A stretch of 59,018 nt of DNA from Bacteriovoracaceae bacterium (GCA_018649885.1 JABIHA010000063.1:1-59018); one strand, 5' to 3'. Positions 28,997-39,316 are shown, numbered from the stretch's first letter. The notes: a model not told the origin generated them from the sequence alone. Translations and numbers: made by a program.

Positions 28997-30337
28997 GTGA
29001 CTGCATGCGGGAGACAGCAATTGAAAAAGACTTTTATTCTGGATACCAGTGTTCTTCTCTACGATCCTCAATCTATTTACAAATTTCCTGATAGTGACAT
29101 TCATATACCACTAGTGGTTATTGAAGAGCTCGATAGATTTAAAAAAGATCCCAATGAAAATGGTAGAAATGGCAGGGCCTTTTCAAGAATTGTGGATGGC
29201 CTTCGTCAAAAGGGGAGCCTTTCGGAAGGTGTTAGCTTAGAAAATGGTGGCAAGCTCACAATTTCTTTGAAGACCGATTTCGACAAAAATTCCTTGGGAC
29301 CTATAAATTTAACTATAAATGACAATATTATTTTGGCACACGCCTATTGGCTCAAGAGTAAGGGAAAAAATGTATTTCTCATCAGTAAAGATATAAACCT
29401 TCGAGTTAAATCTGATGCTATTGGGGTTCCATCTGATGATTATGGCAAAATGGATATTACCATTGATGATCTGTACTCTGGTCACAAAATACTTGAAGTA
29501 AAACCCAAAAGCATTGATGAGTTTGAGGAAAATCGCTTCCTTGAGCTTTCAAAAGATGAAATGGAAGGGATCTCACCTAATGAGTATCTAACCATACAAG
29601 AGGCCAACAATCCTCAAAGAAGAAAGTTGGGTAGATATTGTCAAAGAAAGTTGGGGATTGTTCCACTAATAAAGGCGAGAGAAGGTCTTTGGGGAATTTA
29701 TCCAAAAAATGTAGAACAACAATTTGCAATTGACGCCCTTCTTAATCAAGAGGTGAAGCTTGTTAGTCTCGTTGGTAAGGCCGGAACAGGAAAAACTCTT
29801 CTAGCTATTGCTGCGGGCCTTGAGCTAACAGTGGGCAAGCAAGAGTATTCTAGACTTCTTGTGAGTAGACCGGTTCAGCCAATGGGAAGAGACTTAGGTT
29901 TTCTACCTGGGGACGTTAATGAAAAACTTGGTCCATGGATGCAGCCTATATTTGATAATATGGATTTTCTCTTTGGTGGAGATAAAGGTCACGACGCAAC
30001 CTCGGGATGGGATGATCTGATTAATCAAGGGCTTCTCCATATTGAACCTCTTACATATATTAGAGGGCGTTCGATACCGGCACAGTATCTGATTGTTGAT
30101 GAGGCCCAAAACTTATCACCCCATGAAATTAAAACAATTATTACGAGAGCTGGAGAGGGAACCAAGGTCATTTTGACAGGTGATTGTGAACAAATTGATA
30201 ACCCCTATCTCGATTCTGTTAATAATGGATTGGCCTACTGTATCGAAAGATTAAAGGCCGAGCCTATCGTCGCTCATACAATTTTAAAAGTTGGTGAGAG
30301 ATCTGAGCTCAGTGAGGTTGCTTCAAAATATCTATGA
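28997..30337 (+). CDS. PIN-PhoH family protein
   Basis: PIN LDTSVL...EELD; Walker A GKAGTGKT; IRGRS; DEAQN. Confidence 0.92.
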   Translation: MTACGRQQLKKTFILDTSVLLYDPQSIYKFPDSDIHIPLVVIEELDRFKKDPNENGRNGRAFSRIVDGLRQKGSLSEGVSLENGGKLTISLKTDFDKNSLGPINLTINDNIILAHAYWLKSKGKNVFLISKDINLRVKSDAIGVPSDDYGKMDITIDDLYSGHKILEVKPKSIDEFEENRFLELSKDEMEGISPNEYLTIQEANNPQRRKLGRYCQRKLGIVPLIKAREGLWGIYPKNVEQQFAIDALLNQEVKLVSLVGKAGTGKTLLAIAAGLELTVGKQEYSRLLVSRPVQPMGRDLGFLPGDVNEKLGPWMQPIFDNMDFLFGGDKGHDATSGWDDLINQGLLHIEPLTYIRGRSIPAQYLIVDEAQNLSPHEIKTIITRAGEGTKVILTGDCEQIDNPYLDSVNNGLAYCIERLKAEPIVAHTILKVGERSELSEVASKYL

Positions 30338-30888
30338 CCCAAAATAGGCGTCAATTTATTCGAGTTCCTATAAAGTCGAGAATTCTCTACGCGGATGAGG
30401 GGCATGTTTTTAAATCTTCTCTTTTGAATATATCAATAGGGGGAGTTTTTATTGAAAATCTTCCTCATATCCCTTCAGTTGGCATTGTCCCTATACTTTT
30501 TGAATTGCCTCAAATTCCTGATTTTCAAACCCTTTCAGAAAAAGAATTAAAACGATTTGATAGAGAATCTATTGAAAATAGTGTTCTTCGAATGAGAGTA
30601 AAAACAATCAGAAAAGAAGATGTGGAATCTACTATCGATGCTGTATTTGATTATGGTATCGGAGCGGAATTCATTGGAGATTGTTTAAAACAAAAAGATT
30701 TAATAAACTCTTATGTTGAAACGATGGTGGGAAATATTGGATTTTTAATACGACTCTTTCAAGAGAGAAAAAAGAGTGATCATGAAATCGTACTGAAAAT
30801 TTGTGAATCAATGGGATACTCGATTGATTTAAAGTATTCACAGCTCCATCAAAAAGTCTTAAAAGATTACCAAGGAATGAATTGGTAG
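30334..30888 (+). CDS. PilZ-domain protein
   Basis: RRQFIR and NISIGG c-di-GMP-binding motifs. Confidence 0.85.
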   Translation: MTQNRRQFIRVPIKSRILYADEGHVFKSSLLNISIGGVFIENLPHIPSVGIVPILFELPQIPDFQTLSEKELKRFDRESIENSVLRMRVKTIRKEDVESTIDAVFDYGIGAEFIGDCLKQKDLINSYVETMVGNIGFLIRLFQERKKSDHEIVLKICESMGYSIDLKYSQLHQKVLKDYQGMNW

Positions 30889-31884
30889 TTACTTCTTTAT
30901 TTTAAAACTCACTGGACAGCCATTGTCACAACTATCAGAGACCACAACAAGGGTATCATTTTCAGCGCCTTTGATGACCTCAATTCCTTCAGGTTTTGAA
31001 TTTCCGAATATTTGAGATTGAGTTTTTACAGAGTTATAGGGGATCCAACTTACATTTTTACTATCAGTGTTCCAATAGGCGAAACTTGTCTCTTTGGTGG
31101 AGCTGAAAATTACTGAGTCCTTGGGGCCTGCATCTCCAACCAAAATGAAAAGACCTTCATTGTAAGCAGCAAGGTCTCTGATACCTTTTCCCATTCCCAA
31201 GGGAAGTTTGTGAATTTTTGAGTGGACATTAGATGAGTATCTAACGAATTCACCCTTATTAATTTCCAAAACCACGGCGTGGCCATCAATTGAAGGGGCC
31301 CTCAGACCAATGAAAATACTACCGCCAAGACATGCAAGACCTTCAATATTGAGTCCATTATCTTGGAGTTTGATATCTAGGTATGGGGTAAGCTCACTAT
31401 GAGATTGAAGAATTTTGTAGAGGCTTAACTCAATTTTTGAGCTCCTTTTAATTTTACCTCTGCTGTCTAACTCAAATCTAAAAAAACGGTAGCGGCTAGC
31501 TTGTTTAACTTGTTTTTTTCTAGCTAGTCCATGAGAGCCTACCACATAGAAATATCTTCCATCATTTGAGGTGGCCTCCAAGTCTAATTCTTTGCCAGTG
31601 TAGGTCATATAAATTGGATCTTCATTTACTTGGATGGATAGTGGTCCGCCTTCTGAATATCTCGCCGATTGGACGTAGAGGGTTTCGTCGGAGAGAACAA
31701 TGCACTTGTCTCGGTCAATGCATGTTATACCACTGACATCTTCACTAATATCGTCACCATCGAGAATATCGCCATCCATCCGGACGCCACCAATAAATTG
31801 TAATTCCATTGACCATACTGTGGTGCTAAGAAAGAATAAAAATGTCATAAAACCAAACTTCAAAATCACCCCAGAGTCGCTCAC
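30889..31884 (-). CDS. DUF3616-like secreted protein
   Basis: DLEA, GSHG, NIEGLA, GLRAP, GIRDL, KPEGI motifs. Confidence 0.75.
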   Translation of the reverse strand: MSDSGVILKFGFMTFLFFLSTTVWSMELQFIGGVRMDGDILDGDDISEDVSGITCIDRDKCIVLSDETLYVQSARYSEGGPLSIQVNEDPIYMTYTGKELDLEATSNDGRYFYVVGSHGLARKKQVKQASRYRFFRFELDSRGKIKRSSKIELSLYKILQSHSELTPYLDIKLQDNGLNIEGLACLGGSIFIGLRAPSIDGHAVVLEINKGEFVRYSSNVHSKIHKLPLGMGKGIRDLAAYNEGLFILVGDAGPKDSVIFSSTKETSFAYWNTDSKNVSWIPYNSVKTQSQIFGNSKPEGIEVIKGAENDTLVVVSDSCDNGCPVSFKIKK

Positions 31885-32066
31885 TGCTTACTTATCGGTG
31901 ATTTTCGGTGAGAGTGAAAAACTGACGAATTACTACACAAGTCATTTGATTCTCATAACCTTGTAGAGCTAAGGTCTTAGAACATAGTAAAAGAACAATG
32001 GTTTTTATTGAGTACTTTGGCATCTTACTTGCTCTTTAATATATATAAAAAAATGAGAACGGAGTT

Positions 32067-32690
32067 GTGATTATGAGAAGTACTATGATTCATTTGCTTT
32101 CTATCTTTTTTCTGGGACTTTCTGTAAATCTCTATGGAGTTGAATTTCATTATGAAGTGACTGATGCTCTTGTTGAGAGTGAAGTCGAGAAGATGATGGC
32201 GCCTTACCAAGATTTGAGATTGAAACAAAGGTGGACGCTTATATATGCAAATAGTTCAAAACCTACTGCTTTACCTGCAGAGTTTGATGTTTTGGAGAGC
32301 GGTGTATCTTGCTTAGGGAAAAAGTCTTATGTTCAAAAATCTAGAGTTAAAAAAGATGTGTTTGTAAATGTTGAGAAAAACTTTGATGAGACTATTTCTA
32401 TTTTAGCTACAATTTCTGAGCAGTGTAAACAAGAGCTTATTGATATAAAAAGATTTGAGTTGGAAGAGCAAGCAGAAATTGCTAATGCTAATTCAAATTT
32501 ATGTTTACTCGATATGAGAGAATTTTATCTTCTTTTTCCTAATGCTGAGCTTTCTTGTACAGGCGATTCAGGACCTGTTATTGAATCTGGTAGAAGTGTT
32601 GAGCCTTTAATCGATTCTGACGATGTATGTACAGAAGCCACATTTTGTCCTATGCCCGCTCCTAAAACGAAAGTTCTTTTAGGTGAGTAA
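32067..32690 (+). CDS. Hypothetical secreted protein
   Basis: Signal peptide; 207-aa ORF. Confidence 0.7.
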   Translation: MIMRSTMIHLLSIFFLGLSVNLYGVEFHYEVTDALVESEVEKMMAPYQDLRLKQRWTLIYANSSKPTALPAEFDVLESGVSCLGKKSYVQKSRVKKDVFVNVEKNFDETISILATISEQCKQELIDIKRFELEEQAEIANANSNLCLLDMREFYLLFPNAELSCTGDSGPVIESGRSVEPLIDSDDVCTEATFCPMPAPKTKVLLGE

Positions 32691-32909
32691 GTTTATGGGC
32701 AGATAAATTTGGGTTTGGTTTGTCGGAAGGTAGTAGTCAAACCACTTTCCATTTTCGTAGGTGCTTGATCCAAAAAACTATTTTACTGTTTCTGTTCCTT
32801 TTAGATGATATTTATCTGGCATGAGGGCGGGCTCAAAACCGTCGACTTGGTAGCACCATCCGTATGATTTTAATTTAGACTTTGTGATGATTTCCATCGC
32901 ATCGGTTCC
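32691..32909 (-). pseudogene. 5'-truncated DUF4430-like pseudogene
   Basis: GTDAMEII...SYGWCYQVDGFEP...VK*FFG with TAG at 32778-32780; frameshifted tail KPKFICP*. Confidence 0.65.
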
Positions 32910-32948
32910 GTTTTCTTTTGCCTTGTTAGTGCTTGGGTGGTGTTAGTG

Positions 32949-32977
32949 CGTCTGCCGGAGCCGATTGCCGGAGCCGG
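32949..32977. repeat. Left 29-bp GC-rich inverted repeat
   Basis: CGTCTGCCGGAGCCGATTGCCGGAGCCGG is the exact reverse complement of 35926-35954. Confidence 0.9.
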
Positions 32978-33022
32978 TTGCCGGGGTAGCAGCTTATTAG
33001 AGGAGTTGTTAGTGAATCGAAA

Positions 33023-33820
33023 TTATAGTTCAAACCAGTCTATATTTAGACATGCCATGGTCTCTTCTGGTGCAGTTTCTATTTTGGATTCAAATTTTTT
33101 AAGAACTTCAACAATTTCTGCTTTTAAATACTGGAACTCTTTAGGGCCTAAAGTATAATTTCCTGTATAAAAAAAATCATGATCTCGTTTTTGAGAAATA
33201 CTTTGTATTGTTTTATAGCGCCAATTTTTAAGATTATTTTTTACGAATGGGGAGTCTTTACTTAGATGGATTCTATGTTGGCCGGCAATGTACTTTCCAT
33301 TTTCATATTGGACCAGGTTTTTTTCTAAGAGGAATTCGAGAACTTCTGTGATTTGCTTTTCAGGGAGATTGAGTCTGTGGGCAATTTCGGCCTTATCTTT
33401 AAATTTATTTAAAGTGATAATTAGGTGAATGGCCGAGTAGTACCAATCTGAGTAGTAAAGAGCGTAGTCAGCATCATCAATTTTTTGTGTTGTCTGAATG
33501 TGCTCTGTAAGATTTAAAAACTTCTTTCTAATGACCTGCATCTTTGCTTCAAAGTAGTTTGCAAGAGTCGTGGTTCCCGCTCTGTCCTTTTGGTGCATAT
33601 TAATAAGGTACTCAGTTTCGATTTCACTTAACCCCAGAAAAAGCGAGATTTTATGAATGTGCTCAAGGCTAAAGTTGGCGTCTCCGGATAGCACCTGGGA
33701 GATAAATCCACTTTGGCAGCCCAGGTGGTCTGCCAGCTTTTTTCTGAGCCCTCTAGTTTCGGCCTTGGTGGAGAGCCTATCTTTCAAATAATCTTTGTAA
33801 TTTTGATAGTTAAAAATCAT
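33023..33820 (-). CDS. TIGR02147-like HTH / DUF4423 regulator
   Basis: IFNYQNYKDYL, HTH LADHLGCQSGFISQVLSG, YYSDWYYSAIH. Confidence 0.85.
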   Translation of the reverse strand: MIFNYQNYKDYLKDRLSTKAETRGLRKKLADHLGCQSGFISQVLSGDANFSLEHIHKISLFLGLSEIETEYLINMHQKDRAGTTTLANYFEAKMQVIRKKFLNLTEHIQTTQKIDDADYALYYSDWYYSAIHLIITLNKFKDKAEIAHRLNLPEKQITEVLEFLLEKNLVQYENGKYIAGQHRIHLSKDSPFVKNNLKNWRYKTIQSISQKRDHDFFYTGNYTLGPKEFQYLKAEIVEVLKKFESKIETAPEETMACLNIDWFEL

Positions 33821-33984
33821 ATAATAACAATGGGTTAGCCTTGAAAGTTAAGTAATCGATAACTAAATAGTAACATAAATAAGAAGAAATACCATGCGGC
33901 AAAAGGATTTTCACCTTATATAAGTTCTACAACAAACTTAAATACAGTTGCTAAGGATTGTGCGGCAAGTTAAAAGGAAACCAA

Positions 33985-35847
33985 ATGAAAATGATACTGA
34001 TATTACTAACTTTAAGTGCAAACCTCTTTGCTGGCTCGGGTAATAGCTCCGGCGGTGGCGATGCCTATGCGTGCTACGAAGACATCATTTGTATTAAAAA
34101 TGAGTATGAATGGTATTGGGAAGGCATCCGTAGAACTTTAATAGATTCCACAGTCGTTGCAGATGAAAATTGCACATCGAGACATCTTGAGACTAGATCT
34201 AGCCTAGTGTCATTTGAAGTTCATCCAAAAGGCGAGGTGAGTAAGGCCACTCTAAAAGACTTGCTTGAATGGAATGAGCTTAGTGGTAAAAAGATCGGCC
34301 AAATTAAAGTGACAACACTTGATGAGGCAATCACTAAAACATTTGAAATAATTAAGCCATTTAAAAATCTTAGCCAAAAACTTTATGATGTAATGGAGAG
34401 CAGGCTCAAGGAGTTTCAAAATGGTGGAATTGTTTTTTCTGAGCGTTCAGTGATAGATGAGATTAACGATTCTTCGAGCATTATTAATCTTAAAGTCTTG
34501 GATGGCCTAACATGTTTTGAAAGGCAGCTTGCTACCCAGGACTTTGATGACAATCCTTCTTGGGCCCCACTAAGAGTGGATGAACAGCTTTTCAATAAAC
34601 TAGATGGAGTAAACAAGGTGGGGCTACTACTCCATGAAATCATTTATTTTGCTTATTCTAATTATTATAGTCACTCTGATATGATTAGACCTTTTGTGGG
34701 AATGGTTTTGAGTGGAAAGTTATTTTCCATGAATAGAGTAGAACAGTTAAAGTATTTTGTGGATAATGGGCTTTTTTACGGAGCAAATAAAGATGAAGTA
34801 GTAAGCTTAGTCTACCTCGGGCATGGCGATAACCATAGAATTGCCTCTCTAAGTGCAGGGAAGCCGCCTTTTGCTCCAGTCATTAATATGAGTAATGAAA
34901 TTGCGGTGAAGCTAGAACTTGAAGAAGGAGATCTTCTGCATTTTAATGAAAATCAATGCGAAATCCTCAATTCATTTGGCCATGATATCGTAGAAGAGAA
35001 TTGCACAGTTGTAGATCGTGGAGCTATCTTAAAAGAGAAAAGTGTAAGACATCGTTTTCGAATTGATTTCGATATAAGATTTGAAAGAAGTTTTGCAAAT
35101 AATGTGAAGGCAAACTACAAGTACAATGGTAGTTCGACAGAGGTATCCATATTTTATAAGCACTTCGAAATTAATAGGTACGGTCTAGAAACTCCTGAAT
35201 TAGCAGATTTAAGAGCTGTGCTGGCGAGGGAGCTTGAGACTGAAAATGTTTCATCCTTTTCTAGTTTGCTTGGAAAAATCTATAAAAGTAGTAGCTTTCG
35301 GTCATTGCAAAAATCTTGCGGAGAATATGCTGAATTTAATGTTAATATGAAGGAGCTTATTGACTTTATAGAGGTTGGAACTTATCCAGATCTCTTCCTA
35401 GATAACTGTAAAGCAAGTTTTCAAAATGGCACACCTTATTTATTTGATGGTATTTATGATAATGAAACTATTGGCAACGCCACAAACCTTTTAGATGGTC
35501 AGGTATATCTCTATCTTTACGAATCAGCTAAATTTACTACCAGTGTTAACTCTAATAAAAATTTATTCGTGAAATTTAAACCAATTAATATAAAAGATGC
35601 CAAATACGCAATGTCCATTTACAACAAAAAGAATCATCTCATTGCATCTTTTGAGATTCAAGTGACAGATTATTCTGTAAGCTCTGGCTACCATGTGCGT
35701 TACACAATTTTATCTATTCTAAGTACGACAAAAGAATTCGAGAGAATTATTAAAAGTAAAAAAGTTAAAGCTAAATTTAGTCCAGGAAGCAAACAATATT
35801 TTAGCAACATGAACTGGGGCTTACACCTGAGTTACCTTTTTAATTGA
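33985..35847 (+). CDS. Secreted protein with N-terminal GNSSGGGD and LLHEIIY motif
   Basis: RBS AAAGGA then ATG 33985; signal peptide MKMILILLTLSANLFA; divergent from the TIGR02147-like gene. Confidence 0.8.
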   Translation: MKMILILLTLSANLFAGSGNSSGGGDAYACYEDIICIKNEYEWYWEGIRRTLIDSTVVADENCTSRHLETRSSLVSFEVHPKGEVSKATLKDLLEWNELSGKKIGQIKVTTLDEAITKTFEIIKPFKNLSQKLYDVMESRLKEFQNGGIVFSERSVIDEINDSSSIINLKVLDGLTCFERQLATQDFDDNPSWAPLRVDEQLFNKLDGVNKVGLLLHEIIYFAYSNYYSHSDMIRPFVGMVLSGKLFSMNRVEQLKYFVDNGLFYGANKDEVVSLVYLGHGDNHRIASLSAGKPPFAPVINMSNEIAVKLELEEGDLLHFNENQCEILNSFGHDIVEENCTVVDRGAILKEKSVRHRFRIDFDIRFERSFANNVKANYKYNGSSTEVSIFYKHFEINRYGLETPELADLRAVLARELETENVSSFSSLLGKIYKSSSFRSLQKSCGEYAEFNVNMKELIDFIEVGTYPDLFLDNCKASFQNGTPYLFDGIYDNETIGNATNLLDGQVYLYLYESAKFTTSVNSNKNLFVKFKPINIKDAKYAMSIYNKKNHLIASFEIQVTDYSVSSGYHVRYTILSILSTTKEFERIIKSKKVKAKFSPGSKQYFSNMNWGLHLSYLFN

Positions 35848-35865
35848 GATTTCTTTATATAATTC

Positions 35866-35896
35866 TAAGTGCCAGCGAAAGACGTGTTGGCACTTA
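35866..35896 (+). terminator. Hairpin after the secreted protein gene
   Basis: TAAGTGCCAGC...GTTGGCACTTA; weak U-tract. Confidence 0.5.
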
Positions 35897-35917
35897 TACT
35901 TCCTATAGGAATTGTAG

Positions 35918-35960
35918 GCCGTCTGCCGGCTCCGGCAATCGGCTCCGGCAGACGGCTCCG
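35918..35960. repeat. Right inverted repeat (35926-35954) within a self-hairpin
   Basis: GCCGTCTGCCGG...CCGGCAGACGGC; complementary to 32949-32977. Confidence 0.9.
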
Positions 35961-35972
35961 GTCTTTTTGAGA

Positions 35973-36110
35973 TTATGAATCGAAGTCGATAATTTCCTGG
36001 GTAGTTCGTTCAGGGGCGTCTACTTGGAGAAAGTGGGACGAGTCTTCGACCCACTTTAGTTTGGCGCCTGGGAAGAGTTTTTGGTATTTGGGGCCTGAGG
36101 CGGGGTCGAC
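35973..36110 (-). pseudogene. Duplicated 3' fragment of the alpha/beta hydrolase gene
   Basis: VDPASGPKYQKLFPGAKLKWVEDSSHFLQVDAP matches the C-terminus of 39317-40234. Confidence 0.9.
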
Positions 36111-36196
36111 CGCTTGAGGTATTCGTACATCGTACCTACCTCCACCTACCTCCAATTGAATCTGCTGAAGAATAGAGCTATCATGGTCTTTGAGCG

Positions 36197-37195
36197 ATGG
36201 GTTTTTCCATGGATGAGAAAATGAGCACGAATTCTCGTAAATACCTGAGCACAATGCTCCTGACATTATTTTTCTTCGCAATTTCTATCTATTCATATGC
36301 TGATAAGATCTATCAATGTCAACGCTACAAAACAAATCGCATTCTCAAGAACCCCACCGAGTTAAATCGCGCATTAAAGAAGTTTTTGATTGAAGACCAA
36401 GATGTTGAAACCTCTGAATCTTATGTTCGAAGTTTTTTATCAATGCAAGCGGGCTCGAGAAAACTCCATTTATGTGACCATGAAGTCAAAGAAAAATATG
36501 TCTCCAAAAAAAGTCATTACCTTTCACCACTTAAGATGAACTACGATCCAAGAGCTTCCCCACGAACTGTTAGGATAAAAGATAAGAAGACTGTTTCAAG
36601 GCACCAATATACCCTAAACTTTTCTGCAGGCAGAGTCATGGTAGAGCCTAAGAAGGAAGTCAATCAGGATCTATCTCTTCTTTTTGGGAAAGTTGGGCTT
36701 ACCTATTCTTTTCGTTTTGCTGAAGATATGAAATTTAGCATTGGACCCTCATTAGTCTACTTCTCAAATGTAAAATACAATTATAATTCAAGTATTAGAC
36801 AGGTTGATGGAGATTCAAATTCAATTTTCTACGAAGCAACAGTAGGACTTTCAAAGTTTATCAATCCATTTTCTTTTGGGATTCATTATGACAATCTCAA
36901 TTATTTTGTGATTGAAGGGAATCGATACTTAAAACCAAAACGGGCTGACCGCTTAGCAGTTTCAGGTTCAGTGATTCTCGCAGAACATTTAGTTGCTTTT
37001 GCAAAGCTTGGTAAGTTCGTTGAATTATTTGGCGAGATCGATGGACTAGACTATAGCCTTGGCGCAGGAATTCCCTTTAGTGGAGGGGTTCTCAAATACA
37101 TGCTTTCATTTTACTACTACTATGGCGGCATCAAAACTCAGTTAAGTGAAGATGACTCCGTTTCAGTTGGCTCAGGTCTTAGTATTTCCTTCTAA
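36197..37195 (+). CDS. Secreted protein with C-terminal outer-membrane beta-barrel
   Basis: Signal peptide (SYA); terminal GLSISF; true start probably downstream. Confidence 0.7.
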   Translation: MGFSMDEKMSTNSRKYLSTMLLTLFFFAISIYSYADKIYQCQRYKTNRILKNPTELNRALKKFLIEDQDVETSESYVRSFLSMQAGSRKLHLCDHEVKEKYVSKKSHYLSPLKMNYDPRASPRTVRIKDKKTVSRHQYTLNFSAGRVMVEPKKEVNQDLSLLFGKVGLTYSFRFAEDMKFSIGPSLVYFSNVKYNYNSSIRQVDGDSNSIFYEATVGLSKFINPFSFGIHYDNLNYFVIEGNRYLKPKRADRLAVSGSVILAEHLVAFAKLGKFVELFGEIDGLDYSLGAGIPFSGGVLKYMLSFYYYYGGIKTQLSEDDSVSVGSGLSISF

Positions 37196-37259
37196 CTTCC
37201 TTTGTAGTTTTTTCTCTGTGCTACTGGATATGATTCAGCTTTGAGTTCAAAGGGATTTA

Positions 37260-39131
37260 TTATTGGTGACTTGGATAAGTTGTTCCATCAGTTACATTTT
37301 GCCAAACGGCCCCAAAATCAAAGCCGACATAGCTTGCTTGAAGTTTCATATTTGAGTCTGAATACCCTATCGCCCCATTTTGAGGACAGCCTACAGGAGG
37401 GGCCACCGCACAACCTGATTGATAGACATAATTATCAGTGCTGACTGGAGCACCTGATGCTGCAAAGTAATCAGTATTAGTATTTCCTGTCACAGTTCCC
37501 AAGGAATAACTTGTCGTAATAGTATCACCTCCGACAGAGCCAATAAATCCGCCAACAATATCATCGCCATTGACACCTCCACTGGCATAGCAGTCAATAA
37601 AAGTAGCTCCGCCTCCTGTTCCTACGAAACCACCAATGATATCATCTCCATAAACATTACCAGTGGCGTAAGAGCGATTTGTTGTTCCCCCATTATTCCA
37701 ACCATAAAATCCACCTATAAATCCAGCAAGAGAAGAGACGTGCCCAGTAGTATAAGAATCACTGACTGTTCCTCCTGTTTTTGTATGTGCAAACCCTCCA
37801 GAAAATCCTGTTGAGCTATAAACATTTCCCCTTGATACGATATTTGAAATTGTTGGGCCGCCTGCAATGCTGCCCAAAATTCCACCAACATTGCTACCTG
37901 TTCCACTCAAGTCAATCATACCAAATAAGTTTGAGACATTGCTAGCGTTTGCAACTGAATAAATGGCACCAGCATGATTGTTACTAGTGAAATCAATTTG
38001 TCCTGTAATAAAAGCCCCGTTAACTACAGTTCCATCAACTTGGGTTATAAATAAAGCATGATCACTTCTTGCCGAGGCATCCCCAATAAAGGACTCAAGC
38101 AAACGTATATTGCTGACGCTACCTGATTCCATATACCCTAAAAGAGATTGCCCGTTTGAGATAGGGTTCTCAATGGTCATACGTTTAATAAAAAAACCAT
38201 CTCCATCTAAATTGCCATCAAAAGAAGTTGCACCAATGGCAGTTCCAATAGGGGCCCAAGCCAAACAACTTAGATCAATGTCTGCAGTTAATTGATAATA
38301 CTCATTCACATTTTGATTCATATCTGCCAATTGGACGGCGGTGCTAATAAGGAAAGGAGCACCAATTAATCCGGTACCTCCATCAAACCCTCCACTGGCG
38401 CCAATTGCGTTCAGGACCGCACATTCTTCCATCTCTATGGTTGAGTTTGAAGTACCACTGCTAGTACCACTATCTGCCGAAACAACAATTGTATAAGTGC
38501 CTACACCTGGTGAAGCTGGGGTGATTGACCAATTTCCATTGCTACAGTCGCTATCTGCCATGGCCTGTGGAGCTCCATTTAAGGTAGCTGCTACATTGAT
38601 TGCATTGGTTGAGCATGTTCCTCTTAGGGTTGGCAATCCAGAGGTTTCTGCAAAACCTATTCCTGCAATAAGAACATCTGCGGTATTAAATGTTGTGCTT
38701 TGATCGGAAGCCTCAAACGGATCTGCTCCCATTGTTAAAATATTAGTGGATAAGTTCAAAGTGTAGCTTTTTGATGCTTCAAGGGCAAAAACTGGCTGGA
38801 AGCTAAGAGTCTGAGAGCTGTAGCTAATAAATCCAGGTATAGTAAAAGAGTTTGAATTATCTGTGAGAGTAATAGTGGTATTAGTTAAGGTGGTGTCATC
38901 AATATCCACTCCGAATGCATAGGTGATCCTAATGTTGGGATCAACACCTGTCGAACCGCTAGAGGGGGCAAACGGGTCTGAACTAGTTGCTCCTCCTGTT
39001 GTTTCTCCAGTTGTTGTGGAGGACCCACCCAAATTATCGCTAAGTGGTCCTAAGTCGATGGCTGCAGGATTACAGCCAATAAGTGCGATCAGCATAGTTG
39101 TGGTCAAGAAAATATGAATTATTGTATTCAT
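37260..39131 (-). CDS. Surface lipoprotein: Ig-like domains plus GLUG-motif beta-helix
   Basis: Lipobox LIGC; Big_5-like P..G...V...I.F; IGGFVG repeats; GFDFGAVW...YP cap. Confidence 0.85.
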   Translation of the reverse strand: MNTIIHIFLTTTMLIALIGCNPAAIDLGPLSDNLGGSSTTTGETTGGATSSDPFAPSSGSTGVDPNIRITYAFGVDIDDTTLTNTTITLTDNSNSFTIPGFISYSSQTLSFQPVFALEASKSYTLNLSTNILTMGADPFEASDQSTTFNTADVLIAGIGFAETSGLPTLRGTCSTNAINVAATLNGAPQAMADSDCSNGNWSITPASPGVGTYTIVVSADSGTSSGTSNSTIEMEECAVLNAIGASGGFDGGTGLIGAPFLISTAVQLADMNQNVNEYYQLTADIDLSCLAWAPIGTAIGATSFDGNLDGDGFFIKRMTIENPISNGQSLLGYMESGSVSNIRLLESFIGDASARSDHALFITQVDGTVVNGAFITGQIDFTSNNHAGAIYSVANASNVSNLFGMIDLSGTGSNVGGILGSIAGGPTISNIVSRGNVYSSTGFSGGFAHTKTGGTVSDSYTTGHVSSLAGFIGGFYGWNNGGTTNRSYATGNVYGDDIIGGFVGTGGGATFIDCYASGGVNGDDIVGGFIGSVGGDTITTSYSLGTVTGNTNTDYFAASGAPVSTDNYVYQSGCAVAPPVGCPQNGAIGYSDSNMKLQASYVGFDFGAVWQNVTDGTTYPSHQ

Positions 39132-39316
39132 GATTTCATTATATTCAACGACTTGAAATAAAAATGCGAAATATTATGGAAGTTTATTATTTTCATAAAA
39201 TTAGTAGCTTATAGAAATCAATTAGGTTTGTTTGGCCCTAGGAGCAATCTATGTTTTAACTTTTCTGCCAACTATTGTTTGGAATTGTCTTTTACGAAGA
39301 AAATCATTGGGTAGAG

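Noticed and set aside
32949..32990. CRISPR array
   Set aside because: 13-nt units are directly tandem with no spacers, and there are no cas genes
32924..33014. Integron attC sites (GTTAG motifs)
   Set aside because: They do not fit paired RYYYAAC/GTTRRRY boxes, and no integron integrase is present
35890..35911. Second oriIS-like end (CTTCCTATA)
   Set aside because: Match is too short and does not align with the element end at 56446-56504
35973..36281. 102-aa ORF as a real gene
   Set aside because: Chimera of non-coding sequence and the hydrolase tail; overlaps the opposite-strand gene
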